64,000 nt of DNA from a virus, in IMG/VR virus record IMGVR_UViG_3300048591_001244, positions 15,205 through 79,204 of that record. One strand, 5' to 3'. Positions 18,887 to 29,465 of this stretch are shown here, one piece after another. Under the pieces are notes generated by a model. The model was given only the letters and a program-made list of their open reading frames with translations. It was not told the DNA's origin and made no database searches. The position numbers were made by a program, and so were the translations under genes. Each line of letters starts with the position of its first letter. Position 1 is the first letter of the stretch.

Positions 18887-21800
18887 TTAGTATGCTTTTC
18901 GATATGTTATAATAACAGTATTGAGAACAGTCCTCTCATTCTTACTGAATCTTGGAGATCCATTTAACCGATTGTCCTTTTCCATCTCTACACCCATTTG
19001 AACATCGACAAGTCGACCATCTGTTGATAGTGGAACGGAAGAAAGCCACACCTTGTTGCGATATTCATATTCTGAATGATTAACCAAATCTAAGTCCGTT
19101 GCACTCTGATCAGACGTTGATGCAGTAAGTCTATCAAAAAAGGCTTTACTGCCCTGAAATTCAAAGTTGTCAAAGACTTTTTGCATTCTTGGATCTTTGG
19201 TTAAAGTAATGAATTTCAATAATGACGGATGAACCCTTCCATAATATTTTCCAACATCTCCTAAGTTGTGCATCCACAGCTCATTCTTCTTACTCGACTG
19301 AGCCCAAAACAAAGGAAACAATGCAGGGTTCTGTCCTCCCGTATGCGTATAAGGCTGAATGCATATCCATGTATCCTGATCTGTTAATCCATGGACTAAA
19401 TCTCCTTCAACATAGTTTCCCGGAGCCAAAACACCAAGATTCAAACTCTCAGAATTTGTTATCAGGTCTTCTCCCCAAGCATGGTATAGAGTAGGCAGAA
19501 AAGGGTAAAACCCAGCGAACTGAGGTTTAAGATGATCAAAAGCCAAAGTAAAGTCACCGGTATCAGTCCCCCGTACTGTAATGTAAGTTTTCTTGTTTTT
19601 AAAGTCATGTCCTGAAATTACACCTACCCTCAAAAATGGCGTATCGCCAGAGAGTAGATTTCCATTAATTCTTTTCTGTAAAAAGGAGTTCATTCCTTTC
19701 ACCGCACCAAGTTCTACAATCTCCTGTCCTAGCGACATGTAACACAAAGTCCTTCTTTTCACGTCCATCCATACAAAACCTTGAGGCGTTTCTGTCAATC
19801 CAAACTGATGTTGATTACCATAGAACCTACTACGCTCGTCATATCTTTCCATTACGCCACCTTCTCCCATTGTGACAGCCTGACCTAAAGAAGTCGCTAA
19901 AGCGGCTCTCTCATTGACAGGAATATATCCTGTAGCGTCCTCCTGCCAGTAGAACAACTTCATTGCTTTTGCCATGAAATTTGTAATAGGACCATTCAAG
20001 CCATTGACATCTCTGAAATTCCCGGAAGAGAACCTTCGAAAAGAATTGATCTGTTCACCAGGAGTTTTACGGAAAGAGTAAAGTCCACGATATGGATATT
20101 CATTGACCGGCCTGTAGTTTTCCGGCGCCGAATCATAGGGAACAGTCAAATGATGATTTGAATATGCTTGATTATAAAGCCACTGCTCAATATTGGTATT
20201 GGAAAGGTTAGCTGTCTTTGCAGCTGTACGGCCTTCTCTAAGCAAGAAATTAGCATGAGATTCCAATGGAATACCTACCAAGAAACGATAAGAATCTGTA
20301 TTTCCATCATAGTTTTGCTCTTTAGCAAAACAATGTAGTCCGATCGTAGCATCACCACCGAAAACTTCTATCCCGCTGATAATACCATTGCCAGCAACAA
20401 GGGCAGACATGAAATTGCTATTGAAGCTTTGAAAATGACCAATTGGAATGTATTGATTATTAGCCTTTGCAGAATTTGAAGATCCTCCATAAAGGACAAC
20501 ATTATTCTTTTTCAAATTAACAACCGGGCGGATATGATCAAACTGGCCAACCCTACTTGGATTCCAGTCAGTAACAATAACAGCTCCTCTTGCTCCAATG
20601 GCATCTTTTACGGTTCCGCCTCCTATGCTAATTCCCGGCGGAGAAAGCGTAGGACTTGCTCTCATTATATTTTCAAAAGAATTACCATTGGCATTACCGG
20701 TTCCTCCTATATCAAATTCAGCAACAGAATTTCCAGAATCTATTGGATGAATAACTCCTTGCCTTCCTGTATTTGGCTGAGCATGAACAAATTTTTGTTG
20801 CCATGTTTGGCTACCGACAAGTTTGTTTACTATTCCTCCGGCAGAAGCAGCATATTCCATTACCACTTCCATCTTGGTAACTTCATTGAAAGAAGGAAGG
20901 CCATTGTGACGCAACTGAAAGTCTGGAGAATAGAACATCTCCATATTTGGAATCAATGGATGCAAAGCATAGTCATTTGAATGACTGGGCTGAGACATTG
21001 CTATTGGACCTACCGTTCCAAAACCATTGCCAATTATAGGATAGCAAGTACCCTGAGCGACAATAGTAGAATCTAAAGGACATCTTAAAATTGAAAATCC
21101 ACTGAAATAATTTGGAAGTTCGGCGACAGTAATACCTAAAGCCGTGGCAAGACCATTAAAATCAATATTGTCAAAGACTACACCAATTGAACGAACAGTA
21201 GATCTTGGCCAGCCAAGATAGTTCCCATCCATTTCAATAACATCCATATCAAATCCGATGACATTTCCATCATCATCTAAGTCAGCAGCCTTTTTATATC
21301 GTGCCGGAATCTTCTTATCTGCAATCCATCTGGCATAGGTAATGTTCCCGGCCAGATCATGCATTCCAATAGCATATCGATATGTTTCATCACGCCAGAG
21401 ACTTTTTGACCAATAGTTAAATGTCATCCCAGCACCATCAGCAAAGTCATTATCAAGAACAACATCATTATAAACAGGCCCGGCTATTGGATGATCATAC
21501 TTTTTTATTCTGATAATTGACTGTATTGTAGCTCCATTAAATGCTCTTGCTTCTTCAGCTAAAGCCAATCCATTTGTTGACGGCCTTAATCCTGTAAATA
21601 CATCTCCAGGGAAATACTGAGTTCCACCAATCGGATACCTAACAAAAGAACCTGCAGGACCAACAACTTTATAGGTTTGGTTCCAGCGGATTCCGGTAAG
21701 AGTTAAAATAGGATTCTGACTTGGTAAATGTCCCAAGAAATTTGTACTGCCATATCCCTGATCATCATGAGTACGATCAAGCTTAATACATTTTACAGAA

Positions 21801-23062
21801 ACACCTGCACTTGCATCCCAAGCAAAGTCTTTAGAATAGACAATGTTTCCCGGAAAGAAAATATTGTTGACAGTAGCAATGGTCTTAACTTTCTCAATTC
21901 TAAGAAGAACCTGAGTGATATCTTCTTCTGTCAGCTGAGTAAGGTATTCACGCCCTGTAAAGTTTACTAAAATAGTATCTCCATCTTCTACATCACCGGT
22001 GGTAACATTGGCATTGGAAACAGTACCGTCATAAATAACAACAGGCTCTTCATAAACATTTAAGTCCGTTCCAACAATCATAGCAACCCTGAGTCTGGTG
22101 TACTTTCTATCCAGATTAGTTATCTCAAGTTGAATTCCCTGAGAGGACAAAGTTCCATATGGATGACCTTGATGATTAGAATAGCTTGTAATGACATTTG
22201 TAACTGCATTAGGTCCGGCCACACGAATAGGAAAAGTAGGCATAGACCAATTTGTTGCAGCGCCATCATTATCCAATAGCTGATAGACAAAAGTATAAAC
22301 TCCACATGGAGCATTTCCAACAAGAGGTTTCTTGAATTTTATTTGTCCTGCTTTAAATATAGGAGTCCAGTCAAGAAGCTCCAAAGGAATGTAATCGATC
22401 AGCCTGAATGGATTTCCTGATGGGTTGGCAAATACGGCTCCGGTAGCAGTAAAAACAGTCCCTGCAGTTTCTCCCGGACCATACAAAGTACTGTTGTAGA
22501 TTATCTGTCCCTGAGCAACCATATACTGATTTCCCGCAACCAAAGAAGCCGGGTTAGTATATAAATTATGAAGCTTTGTATTTAAAATATTTAATGTCCG
22601 CGGAGGATTAAAATTGTCTGTCCAATAGCTTCCCTCAACAAAACTATTTTCCGGAAACAAAATTCCTTCAATAGCATAACGCTCCTGAAAGTTTAGTCCG
22701 ATATGATTGTATAAAGGAGTGTATGTTGCCGTTAAATTTTGCTTATTGATTTCAAGAATACCAATCTCACCATTATGACGAAGTGTATTACCGATCCATG
22801 CTGAATGAACAACAATTCTTCCCTGACTTCCGGAAAGGCGAAGAGGAGAATATCCAGGAGTTAAATTTTGAATAGAGATGTTTCCTTCAGGAGAAGTTAT
22901 AGCAAAGCTTGTTCCACCGGTATTTATCAGGTGAAAGTTTTGTAAATCAAATAGCGTTCCTTCAGGCTGATCGTAGAAGTCCTGAACAACACCGTCTTTA
23001 AACTCCTGCGCGTATTCCATAGTTTGGTTCGTTTCCCAGCCAGAAAGCATTTGCATATCCAC
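18887..23062 (-). CDS. Tail muzzle / stabilisation protein (start may be ATG 23020)
   Basis: 1391 aa beta-rich; YWTDNFNPPRTLNI, RDETYRYAI, YGNQHQFG and KVFDNFEF motifs typical of crAss muzzle proteins; gene order. Confidence 0.8.
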   Translation of the reverse strand: MDMQMLSGWETNQTMEYAQEFKDGVVQDFYDQPEGTLFDLQNFHLINTGGTSFAITSPEGNISIQNLTPGYSPLRLSGSQGRIVVHSAWIGNTLRHNGEIGILEINKQNLTATYTPLYNHIGLNFQERYAIEGILFPENSFVEGSYWTDNFNPPRTLNILNTKLHNLYTNPASLVAGNQYMVAQGQIIYNSTLYGPGETAGTVFTATGAVFANPSGNPFRLIDYIPLELLDWTPIFKAGQIKFKKPLVGNAPCGVYTFVYQLLDNDGAATNWSMPTFPIRVAGPNAVTNVITSYSNHQGHPYGTLSSQGIQLEITNLDRKYTRLRVAMIVGTDLNVYEEPVVIYDGTVSNANVTTGDVEDGDTILVNFTGREYLTQLTEEDITQVLLRIEKVKTIATVNNIFFPGNIVYSKDFAWDASAGVSVKCIKLDRTHDDQGYGSTNFLGHLPSQNPILTLTGIRWNQTYKVVGPAGSFVRYPIGGTQYFPGDVFTGLRPSTNGLALAEEARAFNGATIQSIIRIKKYDHPIAGPVYNDVVLDNDFADGAGMTFNYWSKSLWRDETYRYAIGMHDLAGNITYARWIADKKIPARYKKAADLDDDGNVIGFDMDVIEMDGNYLGWPRSTVRSIGVVFDNIDFNGLATALGITVAELPNYFSGFSILRCPLDSTIVAQGTCYPIIGNGFGTVGPIAMSQPSHSNDYALHPLIPNMEMFYSPDFQLRHNGLPSFNEVTKMEVVMEYAASAGGIVNKLVGSQTWQQKFVHAQPNTGRQGVIHPIDSGNSVAEFDIGGTGNANGNSFENIMRASPTLSPPGISIGGGTVKDAIGARGAVIVTDWNPSRVGQFDHIRPVVNLKKNNVVLYGGSSNSAKANNQYIPIGHFQSFNSNFMSALVAGNGIISGIEVFGGDATIGLHCFAKEQNYDGNTDSYRFLVGIPLESHANFLLREGRTAAKTANLSNTNIEQWLYNQAYSNHHLTVPYDSAPENYRPVNEYPYRGLYSFRKTPGEQINSFRRFSSGNFRDVNGLNGPITNFMAKAMKLFYWQEDATGYIPVNERAALATSLGQAVTMGEGGVMERYDERSRFYGNQHQFGLTETPQGFVWMDVKRRTLCYMSLGQEIVELGAVKGMNSFLQKRINGNLLSGDTPFLRVGVISGHDFKNKKTYITVRGTDTGDFTLAFDHLKPQFAGFYPFLPTLYHAWGEDLITNSESLNLGVLAPGNYVEGDLVHGLTDQDTWICIQPYTHTGGQNPALFPLFWAQSSKKNELWMHNLGDVGKYYGRVHPSLLKFITLTKDPRMQKVFDNFEFQGSKAFFDRLTASTSDQSATDLDLVNHSEYEYRNKVWLSSVPLSTDGRLVDVQMGVEMEKDNRLNGSPRFSKNERTVLNTVIITYRKAY

Positions 23063-23741
23063 TTAACGGATCACTCCACATTGCAATCATTTGAGCTTCT
23101 TCTTCAGGAGATGGCTTTCCATCGTCAGCGTTACAATGAGCAGCAAGTCTTGACCATATTTTAAATTGTCCATCAATTTCATTTCTTCCATAATTTCGGC
23201 CACCAATTTTATGGCGAGATCGTTTCATGTACATGTATTCAATATAGCTGGAAATTGCACGTACATGATTCTCATTGATAAGCATCCAGCCCTCTTCATC
23301 AACTTCTTGAATTAAAAGCTGAACAGTCACTTTCTGATTGTGATAATTTTCATCGAAAACAAGTTCGTTATTTTGAATCTTCCAAGACAGATCTCTTCTA
23401 CATGCAGGACCGCCAATATTAAACTCATAAGTTAAATTAAATGGAAGCTGAGAAGTATTTATTGCAAGTTGAACTTGGTTAAATTTTAAATCACAATCAC
23501 ATCCATGATCGCCCAACATTGTAGCAAGAACAGCTTTTGCCTCACAAGGAAGTGTCGCCCTACACTGACAGACATCAAGAACATAGTTCTTTTTTTTGTA
23601 TTGTGTAAAACTTCCAATTTCATTCTCAGCATCAGCAGCCCATATTTTAAATACAGGCACGAGCGTATTTTCCTCTATACCAAGATCATCAAGAGCCTGT
23701 TGAACAGCTCTCTTGATACTAACCTTTTTTTTTATGCTCAT
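22998..23741 (-). CDS. Tail ring / head-tail adaptor protein
   Basis: 247 aa, directly upstream of muzzle; DEEGWMLI...AISSYIEY pattern. Confidence 0.7.
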   Translation of the reverse strand: MSIKKKVSIKRAVQQALDDLGIEENTLVPVFKIWAADAENEIGSFTQYKKKNYVLDVCQCRATLPCEAKAVLATMLGDHGCDCDLKFNQVQLAINTSQLPFNLTYEFNIGGPACRRDLSWKIQNNELVFDENYHNQKVTVQLLIQEVDEEGWMLINENHVRAISSYIEYMYMKRSRHKIGGRNYGRNEIDGQFKIWSRLAAHCNADDGKPSPEEEAQMIAMWSDPLSGYANAFWLGNEPNYGIRAGV

Positions 23742-24183
23742 AGCTTGCGTATTGCTTGTCAGTTTTCATTAATATATTGAACAGCTTCTTTCTCCACTTA
23801 TTACTGGCAAAGAACTTAAATCCCATATCTTCCAACTCTTTATTTTCAAAGGAGATTAAATAATTTTCGTTTATTCTCTTTGGATTAAAACAAAATTCCT
23901 GAGTGACCTTATCTGGAAACAAATGTGCATTTTTCCATGGCTTAGGCTTTTCTAAAACTTGCTTATTGACAAAGATCGTAGTCCCATCTGCAAACTTAAC
24001 CCGGTTACCATCTAAAACAGATTCCATCATTAAATCACAATACATTCCTATGATATTATTGATCGTCTTTTTTCTTAAAATAGGAACGTTCCTTTTCTTT
24101 ACAACAAACTCAATAATCTCCTGCCTCTTAACATTGTGGTTAAAGATCTTTGCCTTCCTATGATATGTGGATAATCTTGGCAT
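23719..24183 (-). CDS. IHF/HU-like basic protein of the crAss tail gene block
   Basis: 154 aa, basic; MMESVLDGNRVKFADGTTI and FKFFASNKWRKKL resemble the HU/IHF fold; conserved position. Confidence 0.6.
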   Translation of the reverse strand: MPRLSTYHRKAKIFNHNVKRQEIIEFVVKKRNVPILRKKTINNIIGMYCDLMMESVLDGNRVKFADGTTIFVNKQVLEKPKPWKNAHLFPDKVTQEFCFNPKRINENYLISFENKELEDMGFKFFASNKWRKKLFNILMKTDKQYASYEHKKKG

Positions 24184-25001
24184 TATTGCTGCTCAATGAT
24201 AGTTTGCTGATTGGTATTATCGTTTTTAATATCGGCAATTTTTCTCTCTTCAATATTTAATTCTTTTGTCAAGATCATCATCGAAACATATTCTCCACCC
24301 TGGAATGTCATTGGATAAGGATCATCTTCTGTCATTGGCCTACGCTTGTCTTTGAAGAACACCTTTCCCGGACCAGACCATGTTGTTGCCAGCTGACCTA
24401 TAAACGTATCTCCTGCAACATAGTTCGTTCCATCATAAGTGACAGCACCTTCAGAAACTTCATATTCTAAATCTTCCTGAATCTTTTGTTGTAAGGTATT
24501 GTCAAAGAAATCTCCATCCATAGGATTATCCAGGACAAAACGAAAATGAGCCTTATTTGGCGTTGGATATAAATAGAAGTCATCCCCTGACCTCATGTAG
24601 TATGGAATCTTTGCTCTTAAAGAAGTGCGGTCAAGATCGAAAAAACGCTCTATTGATATACCATAGTAGGTACTATGCTGAGAAGTTCCGGAAACTCTCA
24701 CCACTCCTTTATCATCAGGAAGGGAAAGGATTCTGGGAAGGACAACCTTTCCAAGTGTTATGCCACTGCAATATCCCGGCAATTCCTCTCCTGAATCTAC
24801 AGGAGTAAGGGTTCTGATTCCAAGATTCTGAATCCATACCGGATCGATATATCCCTGTCGCTGGAATGATTCTCGTTTTGACCGGGCAGCATATTTATGA
24901 ATGAGAAAATTGAGATGTGGTCTTTCTAATCTGTGGTCCTTACTGACTTTACTCTTTTCGGCAATAAGTTCTATATCTGAACGAAGCTCTCTTAGTGTCA
25001 T
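24183..25001 (-). CDS. Tail ring protein
   Basis: 272 aa; C-terminal DDPYPM...DIKND pattern of crAss ring proteins; gene order. Confidence 0.7.
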   Translation of the reverse strand: MTLRELRSDIELIAEKSKVSKDHRLERPHLNFLIHKYAARSKRESFQRQGYIDPVWIQNLGIRTLTPVDSGEELPGYCSGITLGKVVLPRILSLPDDKGVVRVSGTSQHSTYYGISIERFFDLDRTSLRAKIPYYMRSGDDFYLYPTPNKAHFRFVLDNPMDGDFFDNTLQQKIQEDLEYEVSEGAVTYDGTNYVAGDTFIGQLATTWSGPGKVFFKDKRRPMTEDDPYPMTFQGGEYVSMMILTKELNIEERKIADIKNDNTNQQTIIEQQ

Positions 25002-25027
25002 GGCTTTAAGGATTTACTACAAAAATA

Positions 25028-25060
25028 AAAAAGGAGTCGAATATTCCGACTCCTTTTATT
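25028..25060 (-). terminator. Rho-independent terminator after the auxiliary capsid gene
   Basis: AAAAGGAGTCG-aatattc-CGACTCCTTTT hairpin with flanking A/T runs. Confidence 0.75.
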
Positions 25061-25081
25061 AATAATTATACAATTTCAATC

Positions 25082-26152
25082 TTAGGTTAAAGCTGCCATT
25101 GCCGCTTCGAATGCTGCAATACTTCCACCGGCTGCATTTGCATACAGAATGTAAGTATACTCAGCAATAGTTCCACCCGCATTGACCATGCTCTGATTGG
25201 CATCAACAGTCCGTTTCACCTTGATTACATAGGTCCAGTACGAGTTTGCTGCAACAGGAGCTTCATTGATTGCCATGGCGTGAGAGCCGGAAGCAAGGTT
25301 TCCTGATGTGCGCTCCATAACCGGAACCATATTGACAAGGTGAGAACCTTTACCTTGCTGATATACAGCTGCAGTTGTCAAAACGCGGTCAGTAGAAGTA
25401 AATCCGGATTCCAGACGAACTTCTGTTGCTCCACCTTTTGTCTCTTTTGCATTGTAATACCCGCCGGTATCAGTCAAACGAAGACCCAAAGTTGTACTTG
25501 TCAATGGATTTGTTGCTGAGAAAGCAGCCAGTACACAAGTACCTGTTGAGGAAGAAGTAACTGTTTCTCCTGCAATAAACACTTTTCCAGGAGAGAGAGA
25601 AGTAATGTCAATGTTCAGTGTTCCAGTAGCTCCCGAAGCAATAGTATTCAAGGCAACTCCTGTTGCTCCTGAAGTTCCACCTACAAGAGTATCACCAGCT
25701 GTAATTGTTGCTGTTGCAACGTTACCCGTGAGCAAATAGCCTACACGAACACCTGCAGTAACATAACCACGCTGATCACGATTGACCTTACGAGCCATAT
25801 CCATCAGCATATTTAACTTATCAGAAGCATTTCCAATAAGTGTTGCCGGAGTAGTATAAGCTACAGGCTTCATACTTCCTGTGTACTCATAGTCTCTTTT
25901 TGAGGCTCCTCCAAATGCAAACTTGTATCGCGTTGAAGCGATCATTGTAGCACTTGGATAAATTGTCACGACCTGAGCAACTTCCGTCACTGCAGCAAAG
26001 CGCTCATACCCGTTGTAGTCAACGGCTTTAATCGTAGGCAATCCTGAGATTGCATACATAGCATTGGCTCCTGTTCCAACCGTAGTGACATCTGCCGCGA
26101 CAGGATTGTTCAACAGTGACCATGCCATAGGTGCATTGAATTCTGTTTTCAT
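25082..26152 (-). CDS. Auxiliary capsid (decoration) protein
   Basis: 356 aa Ala/Thr/Gly-rich, has its own terminator, sits in the auxiliary capsid position downstream of MCP. Confidence 0.6.
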   Translation of the reverse strand: MKTEFNAPMAWSLLNNPVAADVTTVGTGANAMYAISGLPTIKAVDYNGYERFAAVTEVAQVVTIYPSATMIASTRYKFAFGGASKRDYEYTGSMKPVAYTTPATLIGNASDKLNMLMDMARKVNRDQRGYVTAGVRVGYLLTGNVATATITAGDTLVGGTSGATGVALNTIASGATGTLNIDITSLSPGKVFIAGETVTSSSTGTCVLAAFSATNPLTSTTLGLRLTDTGGYYNAKETKGGATEVRLESGFTSTDRVLTTAAVYQQGKGSHLVNMVPVMERTSGNLASGSHAMAINEAPVAANSYWTYVIKVKRTVDANQSMVNAGGTIAEYTYILYANAAGGSIAAFEAAMAALT

Positions 26153-26224
26153 TGTTTTTGATTTTTAGTTGTTAAGTAATTATTAAAAGCCCGCATCTTT
26201 GGGGTTGTACAAATATACTTTTTT

Positions 26225-26995
26225 TTATGATCTTTCAGCTTCCATAGAAACTTTTTGAGACTTCTGGTAATCTTCGAAAGTTCCGGTCAGTACAGAGGCC
26301 GCAATCTTGCATATTTCCTCATGTGTACTCACCGGCAATTCCGTTTGTGTAAGGTTATTAACAATTCCGGTTCCTGTAAAAGAACCGATTGTTGCAGTGA
26401 AAACAGATCCTACAGGATAGATGATCGATCCTGAATTCACAATTCCACTGACAACATAGTATGGCCGTCCAATTATCAATGCTGTTAAACCTTGAGTAAT
26501 TGGCGTTTCATCAAACTTTACCCTGGTATGATTCTTTAAATAAGTCATTAGTCCTGGACCTAAAACAAGCTTACCCGAACTGAAGGTAAAGCCGGTTGCA
26601 GTCCTGCGATGAATGATTTTATTAACACCGGGTTTAGTAAATGAATTTTTGGAGAGATCAGATTCCTGATAGGTCTTCAAATCACATGGCTCCTGTTTTC
26701 CATTAACGGTAACAGTAGTCAAGAGATGATAGCTGAAATCAGGCGGAGTATCTGTTTTTTGACCTACAATAGAAATGGGATAATCATCAACAATGATAGG
26801 ATACAATTCTTCGCGTACCCTTTCAGGCACCTCAAAAGAATATCTCCTTTGCTGTTTGATATTGTCGTACCGATCTTTGACAAAGCTATCAATGGCAGTA
26901 TTCAAAGCCTGATCTCGATCAGTACGACTATATCTTGGACTCTTGACCTTATCGGCCCAGAAATCCACCTTATCATGCATTTCCTTTAGGTTCAT
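26225..26995 (-). CDS. Tail ring / neck protein
   Basis: 256 aa; MNLKEMH...FxxDK and ELPVSTHEEICKIA motifs of crAss ring proteins. Confidence 0.7.
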   Translation of the reverse strand: MNLKEMHDKVDFWADKVKSPRYSRTDRDQALNTAIDSFVKDRYDNIKQQRRYSFEVPERVREELYPIIVDDYPISIVGQKTDTPPDFSYHLLTTVTVNGKQEPCDLKTYQESDLSKNSFTKPGVNKIIHRRTATGFTFSSGKLVLGPGLMTYLKNHTRVKFDETPITQGLTALIIGRPYYVVSGIVNSGSIIYPVGSVFTATIGSFTGTGIVNNLTQTELPVSTHEEICKIAASVLTGTFEDYQKSQKVSMEAERS

Positions 26996-26996
26996 C

Positions 26997-27911
26997 TTAG
27001 AATCCGTCTAAATTTGAACTCGGTTCATTTACTATTTCCTCATCTTCCTCTTCTTCTTCAAGATTAGGAACGTTTTTGACTGCTTCTACCTTTTTTGTAT
27101 TTGCTGTAGTATGCTTTGCAGCCTTTGATATAGAATCAAGGGTTGTCAGCATATCCACATTCTTTTTAAGGTATTCAACAGCAAGTTCTTTGGATAGCCC
27201 AAGACTTATTCCCATGTATACAAATCCACGTTCATTGCCGGTATTCTGGATATCTCCATTTGAAAGGGCTCTTTCGAAGATCTCGTGAATCCTGGTCTTT
27301 TCAGTGTCATTCATATATGGAAGGAACTTCTTAGGGTTTTCCATGGCAAGATCAACCAATGTACCACGAGTAATCTCGATCGTGTTATTTGATGGATCCA
27401 TATTGAACAGTCGAGAGAAGTCATTCAACTTATTCTCGCTCATATTATTGATGAAATTGAACACATCAATAAAAGTGGTTGCTTTTTGTAATGAATCTTT
27501 CGCTTGCTGAGAGTGAGACTCTACTTTCCAGCGTGGCCGGCCAACAACATTTGGAGAATTTTCCATGAAGAAATGATGCTTAAAAATGTGCCATTCTTTT
27601 GCATCTTCCGGGTTTTTCAAATAGAAAACTCGACCATCGAGCAGAGTAAGCTTTTTAAACTTTCTGCTTCCATCAGCATTTGTACCAACCTGAATTCCAA
27701 ACCAATACTTCTTTTCTCTTACTTCCGGATCAGGATGATTTTGATTCGATGCCAACTTTCCTTTAAATCCGGAAAATGTTGTCGATTCATTCTTGAACAT
27801 ATTGGGTTTCATCGGATGGACCGTAATGATTCCCTCTCTTTCAATATCATCAAAAGAGCACACTTCTGTTTCGTCAAACACTTGGGGTTGACCAATATTT
27901 GTTCTTCTCAT
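26997..27911 (-). CDS. Conserved crAss-like protein immediately downstream of MCP
   Basis: 304 aa; position; ALxxGxI...F.YxGxxLG motif. Confidence 0.55.
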   Translation of the reverse strand: MRRTNIGQPQVFDETEVCSFDDIEREGIITVHPMKPNMFKNESTTFSGFKGKLASNQNHPDPEVREKKYWFGIQVGTNADGSRKFKKLTLLDGRVFYLKNPEDAKEWHIFKHHFFMENSPNVVGRPRWKVESHSQQAKDSLQKATTFIDVFNFINNMSENKLNDFSRLFNMDPSNNTIEITRGTLVDLAMENPKKFLPYMNDTEKTRIHEIFERALSNGDIQNTGNERGFVYMGISLGLSKELAVEYLKKNVDMLTTLDSISKAAKHTTANTKKVEAVKNVPNLEEEEEDEEIVNEPSSNLDGF

Positions 27912-27939
27912 TTTTTTTGTTTTTTAAGTAAAAATAAAG

Positions 27940-27967
27940 CGGAGCCAACTCTTGGGATGGCTCCGCC
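27940..27967 (-). terminator. Terminator after the major capsid gene
   Basis: GCGGAGCCA...TGGCTCCGC stem followed by a T-rich tract on the minus strand. Confidence 0.7.
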
Positions 27968-27973
27968 GGAATA

Positions 27974-29440
27974 TTAATTTGGTGACATATTGATTATTCC
28001 ACAGCTTGTTGTGTTGTAAATATTGATCATGTCCTGCTTGAGCATTTCATAAGCAATAGCATCAACAGAGTGGAGAACCTGTCCGTCGGCCCCTGTCAAT
28101 CCATTAAGGTATGCTTCAACCATTGAACGGTTGATACCATAGGCTCCTTTGGTGACGATCTCAATGTTCGGAGAAGATATACTTCCCGGATCAAGAAAAA
28201 CGGCCATGTTTCCACGGATCAACTCACCATTGGATCCACGCTCATACCATTTTTCTTCATCATCCCAGGCAACGTTCTTGCAAAGGATAACTTTGTTTCC
28301 GTTGATATTGAAAGTATCAAAGTTTTGTCCAACTTCAATATCTCCACCACCAACAGAACCACTAGAAGATCCACTATGAGTAACGTTTCCGCCCAATTGA
28401 TTAACCCAGTAATCGCGGAAAAGATTCTGATAGTGAGCATAACCATCGGTACCTGTTACCATGTACCAGTAGTTATTTGACGTTTTGTTCGAACGCTTCT
28501 CGAGCGTCTTCATCATGTCAGTTACATCATCAATGGTAGATTTACCATCGGCACCGGAACCAAAGTGCTCATTACCACCTTCGATCAGGGGAAGAACACC
28601 GTCACCACGGACGATCTCTTTTCCTGTACCCGGATCGATTTCCAATGAACGAGAAAGAAGCTCACCTGCAGAATTCTTCATAGAAGAAGTTCCATCCCAT
28701 TTGGCGTGCTCATTTTCCATCATAAATTGGATACGAAGCTGAATCTCTTTGGTGTACTTCCATCCTTTTGTATCACCGGCAACATACCATGTTACATCAG
28801 TCAAAGCATCTCCTGTCAAGGACATACCTTTACGCTGAGTAGTCATATGCTGGATGAACTCAGAAGGGAAGAATGATCGGCTGTAACCTCTCAGTGAAGC
28901 CTCACCATAAGAAGTGTATGCTCCAAAAGCAAAGGATTCACCAATCGGGTGAAGGTGCGTTGCAGAGACAAACAGCTCATTCGGATTGTGGAAAGTGTAA
29001 TTGTATCCACCGGAAACTTTTGTAGGGTTGCCGGAAACGCGAGCATAGAAATGATCACGATAGAACTTTACCATCTGTCCAGGATACAGCTGACTGTCTT
29101 TCATCGTTAAGATGAAATAGCCATCAGCAGTAGTTGTTCCTACCTGAGCAATAACGGCAGATTTCTTTTGGATACGACCTTGCACCTTGTAGCGCATAGC
29201 CTGATCACCAATGGCTTTACCATCAGGAATCTTTCCGATTTTTGTTTTAATTGCAGTGGTATCTCCTGTACGAAGATCCCAAGGGGTGCGAGCACCAGAA
29301 ACGATCATTGTAGACAATGTTCTTGCATCGGCATACTCAATGACGTCGCGCACAAAGGGCTTTTTTGCCGCATTCTGCGTAAGGCTATTGGATGTTGTAC
29401 ACGAATCATCCCAACTGCCCTGAATAGTTTGTATTTTCAT
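27974..29440 (-). CDS. Major capsid protein (crAss-like HK97 fold)
   Basis: 488 aa; follows portal and scaffold, has its own terminator; YGEASLRG, RKGMSLTGDA and VTGTDGY motifs. Confidence 0.85.
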   Translation of the reverse strand: MKIQTIQGSWDDSCTTSNSLTQNAAKKPFVRDVIEYADARTLSTMIVSGARTPWDLRTGDTTAIKTKIGKIPDGKAIGDQAMRYKVQGRIQKKSAVIAQVGTTTADGYFILTMKDSQLYPGQMVKFYRDHFYARVSGNPTKVSGGYNYTFHNPNELFVSATHLHPIGESFAFGAYTSYGEASLRGYSRSFFPSEFIQHMTTQRKGMSLTGDALTDVTWYVAGDTKGWKYTKEIQLRIQFMMENEHAKWDGTSSMKNSAGELLSRSLEIDPGTGKEIVRGDGVLPLIEGGNEHFGSGADGKSTIDDVTDMMKTLEKRSNKTSNNYWYMVTGTDGYAHYQNLFRDYWVNQLGGNVTHSGSSSGSVGGGDIEVGQNFDTFNINGNKVILCKNVAWDDEEKWYERGSNGELIRGNMAVFLDPGSISSPNIEIVTKGAYGINRSMVEAYLNGLTGADGQVLHSVDAIAYEMLKQDMINIYNTTSCGIINMSPN

Positions 29441-29465
29441 TTCTAAATTAGATTAGGAGTTAAAC

